DNA from: Bacillota bacterium
Lineage (GTDB): Bacteria > Bacillota > DTU030
Assembly (NCBI GenBank): GCA_012518435.1
Contig: JAAYSG010000060.1
Coordinates: forward strand, 9,777-73,776
Length of the DNA stretch: 64,000 nt
Direction: 5' to 3'
In this document: piece after piece, positions 59,959-64,000 of the stretch
How the letters are laid out: every line of letters starts with the position of its first letter
Position numbering within the stretch: position 1 is the first letter of the stretch
The notes under the pieces: model-generated
Database searches by the model: none
Told to the model about the DNA's origin: nothing
The model's input: the letters and a program-made list of their open reading frames with translations, nothing else
Program-made: the position numbers and the translations under genes

Positions 59959-60738
59959 TTAGTACCCATAGGAAATACCATCATCATACCTGCGGCGAAT
60001 AGTAAAGCGATATTTTTCCCCCCGATAATAAACACGACGAAACTCCACCGGAATATCCTTACTGGTATATGCTATGGAAGTTACCTTGATAATGGGCGCC
60101 CCCTCCGGTACCTGCAAAAGTTCCGCTATGTTTAAGCCAGCAACAACAGCCTCGAACCCCTGATCTGCATAGGCCAAATCCAAACCTAATTTTTGGGCAT
60201 GGTAGCTTAAAAGGGGAATCCACAGTCCGTATTTGCGCCGGTCCTCATCGCCTTCATCAATTATGCTGCGGCCCAGCTCATAGGGCAGATAAATTATGTA
60301 CAAACCAGTGGGCTCGGCATCTCCCTTACCCAAGGCCCGTAAATGAACTATATCTTCTCCAGCCTTAACCTGTAATATTTTTGCCATCTCTATATCCGCC
60401 GATATTATCCGGTGTTCCAAGACCTCCATTCCCGGCCGCCAACCCCTGGATTTAATGGTATCCATAAAATTAGTAATGGCATTAACCTGTTGCTCCACTT
60501 TTTTGGGAGCAGCAACAAAGGTACCTTTTCCTTGTATGCGGTAAAAGGTCCCCTCTGCAATAGCCTCTGCCAGCGCCTGGCGGACAGTGGTTCTACTCAA
60601 ATTAAAACGTCGGCAAAGCTCCCTTTCAGAGGCAATCTGCTGGTTAGGCCGTAAGTTACCCTTCTCTATTTCCCCGTAAAGATAATCCTTTAGGCGTTTA
60701 TATAGTGGTCGGGTTTCATTGTTACCTAACAATGCCAC
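59959..60738 (-). CDS. GntR-family (HutC/UTRA subfamily) transcriptional regulator
   Basis: The N-terminal winged HTH reads ASERELCRRFNLSRTTVRQALAE, with a C-terminal UTRA-like domain. Its stop overlaps the GlmL-like start. Confidence 0.85.
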   Translation of the reverse strand: MALLGNNETRPLYKRLKDYLYGEIEKGNLRPNQQIASERELCRRFNLSRTTVRQALAEAIAEGTFYRIQGKGTFVAAPKKVEQQVNAITNFMDTIKSRGWRPGMEVLEHRIISADIEMAKILQVKAGEDIVHLRALGKGDAEPTGLYIIYLPYELGRSIIDEGDEDRRKYGLWIPLLSYHAQKLGLDLAYADQGFEAVVAGLNIAELLQVPEGAPIIKVTSIAYTSKDIPVEFRRVYYRGEKYRFTIRRRYDDGISYGY

Positions 60739-61061
60739 ACTCTCCCCTATAATTAAGTTGTCACTACCTGTCGTTCCACATGTTACTACCTGTTATGATC
60801 AGTATACTATTGTCTTTGACACTATATTTAGAATTCCTCCTTTATTTTATAAATTATTATTGTTAATTTTGTGACGAGTCTTGGGACGGCAAAGATTCCC
60901 TTAGCCATGGGATCCGTTGGAAATAGCTGGGTTTCCCATAATGTCATGCGCCATTAATAAGCTAAAAGATAAGGGGAAAATAATCATCTGAATATTGGGC
61001 CTTTCTTTCTTTGTGAAAATACAATACCAATATGTTATAATTGCCTGGGGGGGAGACGACC

Positions 61062-62111
61062 ATGACGCGAAGTATAATACATATAGATATGGATGCCTTC
61101 TATGCCGCTGTTGAGGAACGCGACAACCCCTTACTAAAGGGGAAACCCATAGTAGTGGGGGGAAGCAATCCCCGTTCCCGTGGGGTTGTTTCTACTGCCT
61201 CCTATGCAGCCCGCAAGTATGGAATCCATTCCGCCATGCCCCTAAAACAGGCTTACCTGCGCTGTCCCCAGGCTATATTTTTGCCAGTCAATATGGCCAA
61301 ATATAAGGAGGCCTCCCGACAAATACACCAGATTTTCCGACAGTTTACCCGCCTCATAGAGCCCATTTCCTTGGATGAAGCCTTTTTGGATGTGTCGGGA
61401 ACAGATGCTGTATCCGTGGGGAAAGAAATTAAACACCTAATTAATAACAGGTTAAGACTTACAGCCTCAATTGGTGTATCCCACAACAAATTTTTAGCCA
61501 AGTTGGCCTCTGAATGGGAAAAACCCAATGGTTTCACTGTAATACCCAAGGATAATATAGAAGGTTTCCTTTCCCCCCTTTCCGTCCGCCGCATCTGGGG
61601 GGTGGGCCCCCGTACAGAAGCCCAACTAAACGAGATGGGAATCTTCACCATTGGCGATCTACAGCAGCTGGAGCGGGGATTTCTCCAAAAGACCTTCGGC
61701 AAGTTGGGGAATGAACTGTATGACCTGTGCCGGGGGATAGATAATCGTCCGGTCAAATCATCCCGCCTGCCCAAATCCTTTGGTGAGGAGGAGACCTATT
61801 ACACAGATGAGGGAAACATGGCGGTACTAGAGGCCTCCCTGGCAGAATTTTCTCAATCCCTGGGGGAGCGTCTCCGGGACAAAGGTCTTTTGGGCCGTAC
61901 CATTACCCTTAAGATCCGCTATGATGATTTTGAAACAAACACCAGGAGTATGACCTTAATGAATCCCATCGCAGAGCCGGATAAACTATACAAGTGTTCC
62001 CTGCTCCTATTGCAAAGGGCAAGGTTGAACCAGCGCAAAATCCGTCTTATTGGTCTGGCGGTGAGTAATTTTATCTACCCCGGCGAGCCTTATCAATTGA
62101 CCCTTTGGTGA
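61062..62111 (+). CDS. dinB: DNA polymerase IV (Y-family translesion polymerase)
   Basis: MTRSIIHIDMDAFYAAVEERDNP...SIGVSHNKFLAKLAS are classic DinB motifs. Confidence 0.9.
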   Translation: MTRSIIHIDMDAFYAAVEERDNPLLKGKPIVVGGSNPRSRGVVSTASYAARKYGIHSAMPLKQAYLRCPQAIFLPVNMAKYKEASRQIHQIFRQFTRLIEPISLDEAFLDVSGTDAVSVGKEIKHLINNRLRLTASIGVSHNKFLAKLASEWEKPNGFTVIPKDNIEGFLSPLSVRRIWGVGPRTEAQLNEMGIFTIGDLQQLERGFLQKTFGKLGNELYDLCRGIDNRPVKSSRLPKSFGEEETYYTDEGNMAVLEASLAEFSQSLGERLRDKGLLGRTITLKIRYDDFETNTRSMTLMNPIAEPDKLYKCSLLLLQRARLNQRKIRLIGLAVSNFIYPGEPYQLTLW

Positions 62112-62169
62112 AAATAACTGGGCAACTAGGCTGGGAAAGGGATTATACGGAAAGGGTTGAAGAAGGATA

Positions 62170-62823
62170 ATGTGGACAAGAAACATTATGCGTTACCCAA
62201 TTATCATCATCGGTTTGTGTTTTTGCGGCCTAGGTGCGTACCTTACCGTCTTAGCCGGCCTGGGGACAGACCCTTGGACGGTTTTTCACATGGGTATTAG
62301 CAATTACCTCCCCTTGACAATAGGCCAAATAACCCAAGTGTTTGGTCTGTTCTTTATCGCCCTGGGATTTTGCCTAGGAACAAAACCCGGCATTGGTACC
62401 ATCCTCAACATGTATTTTTACGGCCTCTTTTATGACTTCTGGGATCGGGTTGCTATTTTACCCTTTCCCTCCTCACTCTTGGTGCAGATTTTATACCTTT
62501 TGGCTGGGGTAGTGACACTGGGGGCTGGTTTGGCAATATACATCAGTGCCGGTCTTGGTGCAGGCCCCCGCGACGGTGTGGTTTTGGGCCTTCACAATCG
62601 CCTGGGCCTGAGTATTCGCCTGGCCAAAAGTAGTATGGAGGTGGCTGCCCTTACCATTGGCTATTTCATCGGTGGTCTGGCGGGAATAGGTACACTTTTC
62701 TTTGCCCTTGCCATTGGTCCGGTGATGCAGTACTGGCTAAAAATATGCCAGCAGTTCCTCATCCCCCTTCTGTCGCCAGAGGCCAAAGGGATACCCCTTT
62801 CCGCAGAGGACACAAAATTATAG
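62170..62823 (+). CDS. YczE/YitT-like polytopic membrane protein
   Basis: It is 217 aa with about 6 TM segments and composition resembling YczE-family proteins. Confidence 0.45.
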   Translation: MWTRNIMRYPIIIIGLCFCGLGAYLTVLAGLGTDPWTVFHMGISNYLPLTIGQITQVFGLFFIALGFCLGTKPGIGTILNMYFYGLFYDFWDRVAILPFPSSLLVQILYLLAGVVTLGAGLAIYISAGLGAGPRDGVVLGLHNRLGLSIRLAKSSMEVAALTIGYFIGGLAGIGTLFFALAIGPVMQYWLKICQQFLIPLLSPEAKGIPLSAEDTKL

Positions 62824-62939
62824 GGGATAAAAGGACGGGTTCACCGGAAAAACCCCCGCCTCCCTCCCCCACCCCTTCTTCGTTGGGGCTTAAGCCCCAG
62901 TAAGTTGCGACCTATGTTCCATGCTCCTTAGGGGGGAAA

Positions 62940-62950
62940 TGTGATATAAT
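62940..62950 (+). promoter_or_regulatory. Candidate extended -10 promoter element (TGaTATAAT) upstream of the ParM-like gene
   Basis: TGTGATATAAT lies about 50 bp upstream of the putative TTG/GTG start, which is preceded by the AAAAGGGG RBS. No clear -35 was seen. Confidence 0.3.
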
Positions 62951-62997
62951 TTAAATGATAGTAAATTCTGAAATCCTTGCGAAAAGGGGTGGTTTTT

Positions 62998-64000
62998 TTG
63001 GCTTTGCAGGCAGTGAAAATCGGCGACAGGCAAACATCTTACAACCAGGGGGAAGAACCGAATATCAGACCAGAAGAAGATTCCTGGGGTAATGCCTTAA
63101 AAAATATCGCCGTCGATATCGGCTATGGTTTCGTAAAGCTCCTCATTGGCCAACAATCGGTCCGCTTTCCCAGTGTTGTGGGGATGGGTAGGGAGCTCAA
63201 TTACCTTTCACCCTTGAGCAAATATAACCAGCCCTTGGATAACTTACAAACCAAAATCGATGGTCGTAACTACTTTGTCGGCAATTTGGCCGTACGCCAA
63301 AGTGATCTTGCTTCCCGATCCCTGGAGCAAAACCGTGTCATCGACCCCAATGCCAAGATCCTCCTCCTCACGGCCATAGGCCTTCTAACCCAGTGGGAGG
63401 ACCAACAATTTAACCTGGTCACCGGCCTTCCCACCAGTTATTACGCAAATTACAGTCAGGCGTGGGCCCGGGAACTCACCGGTCAGTACAGTGTGGGTGT
63501 TCAACAAAACGGCCAACCTAGGCAAAAGAAGATCACCCTTAAGGAGGTTCAAATTATTCCCCAGCCCTTTGGCACCCTTTATGATCAGATGCTAAACACC
63601 ATTGGTGACATTATTAATCAAGAACTGGGCGAAATGCTTGTGGGGATCGTGGATGTGGGCTTTAAAACAACTGACTTTGCCGCCGCCCATAACCTGGAAT
63701 TTATTGCCCATCTAAGCAGTTCCACCACAACAGGTATAGCCAATGTGCATCGCCTCATGGCAAATTACCTGCAAAATAATTTTAAGTTGGAAAAAGAGGA
63801 CTATGAATTGGACGAAATCGTAGAAAAGGCGGTCACCCGGGTAGCAGGGGAAAGCCAGGACCTGACAAGTATAAGAAACACATTCTTTGAGCAGACAGCA
63901 CATAAAATTATTAACGAACTTTCCACCAGATGGGATTACAGGCAGTTCGACATTATTCTCCTCACGGGTGGGGGCGGGAAAGGGCTCTCCCAATATATCA
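62998..64000 (+). CDS. Actin-like ATPase of the ParM/StbA (Alp) family, partial; it runs past the window end
   Basis: Phosphate-1 NIAVDIGYGFVKL, phosphate-2 VGIVDVGFKTTDF and the adenosine motif IILLTGGGGKG are all present. The frame is open to position 64000, and a TTG or GTG start is inferred. Confidence 0.6.
   Translation, partial: MALQAVKIGDRQTSYNQGEEPNIRPEEDSWGNALKNIAVDIGYGFVKLLIGQQSVRFPSVVGMGRELNYLSPLSKYNQPLDNLQTKIDGRNYFVGNLAVRQSDLASRSLEQNRVIDPNAKILLLTAIGLLTQWEDQQFNLVTGLPTSYYANYSQAWARELTGQYSVGVQQNGQPRQKKITLKEVQIIPQPFGTLYDQMLNTIGDIINQELGEMLVGIVDVGFKTTDFAAAHNLEFIAHLSSSTTTGIANVHRLMANYLQNNFKLEKEDYELDEIVEKAVTRVAGESQDLTSIRNTFFEQTAHKIINELSTRWDYRQFDIILLTGGGGKGLSQYI

Noticed and set aside
1-64000. 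Searched all frames for cas1, cas2, transposase, integrase, tRNA and rRNA signatures
   Set aside because: No ORF was found with Cas1 (about 300 aa, acidic C-terminus), Cas2, DDE/IS or tyrosine-recombinase hallmarks. No stretch with tRNA cloverleaf features was noticed by eye, but a tRNAscan run would be needed to be certain.

Overview
This 64 kb window looks like a chromosomal segment from a moderately GC-rich (about 50%) anaerobic Firmicute, possibly Clostridia or Peptococcaceae-like; that guess rests on gene content only. Most genes are on the minus strand.

From the low-coordinate end:
- The conserved rimP-nusA-ylxR-L7Ae(ylxQ)-infB-rbfA-nrnA-truB operon. truB is truncated at the window start.
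- A small membrane ORF and an orphan gamma-class N6-adenine DNA methyltransferase with an atypical NPPH motif IV.
- A HAD hydrolase and a malic enzyme.
- An ECF sigma / anti-sigma pair, followed by an ABC-2 exporter and a secreted repeat-domain protein.
- A PLP threonine-dehydratase-family enzyme next to a DUF2148 ferredoxin-like protein.

The centrepiece is a complete type III-A CRISPR-Cas locus on the minus strand: csx1 (CARF-HEPN), csm5, csm4, csm3, csm2 and cas10 (HD and GGDD motifs both present). Next to it are two CRISPR arrays with related but distinct 36-bp repeats: a decayed 4-repeat array, and a 14-repeat array with an AT-rich putative leader at its high-coordinate end. cas6 lies about 3.6 kb away on the opposite strand. 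Between the leader and cas6 sit two non-cas genes: a low-GC beta-lactamase-fold serine hydrolase with its own terminator, and an FGGY sugar kinase. No cas1 or cas2 is present in the window.

Downstream of cas6:
- A Na+/solute symporter.
- A TPP riboswitch controlling a bacterial His-type Thi4 thiazole synthase.
- A second ABC exporter, a 4-OT-like tautomerase, and a large secreted N-acetylglucosaminidase with copper-amine-oxidase-like N-terminal domains.
- A plus-strand block: CofE-like protein, leucine dehydrogenase, DUF523, class-I glutamine amidotransferase.
- A PflX-like radical SAM protein, an AraC regulator, and a ptb-membrane protein-buk operon divergent from a CoA-acylating aldehyde dehydrogenase plus an OFA-family MFS transporter.
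- Hybrid cluster protein, a QueT-like membrane protein, thioredoxin.
- A GntR/HutC-regulated cluster: a GlmL/MutL-like ASKHA protein, an opine-dehydrogenase-like enzyme, and a protein with an N-terminal cobalamin-binding-like domain. I consider this cluster the most likely undescribed enzymatic system here.
- DinB, a YczE-like membrane protein, and a ParM/StbA-like actin-fold ATPase that runs off the window end.

All calls are from reading translated ORFs and motifs by eye. No database search was run.
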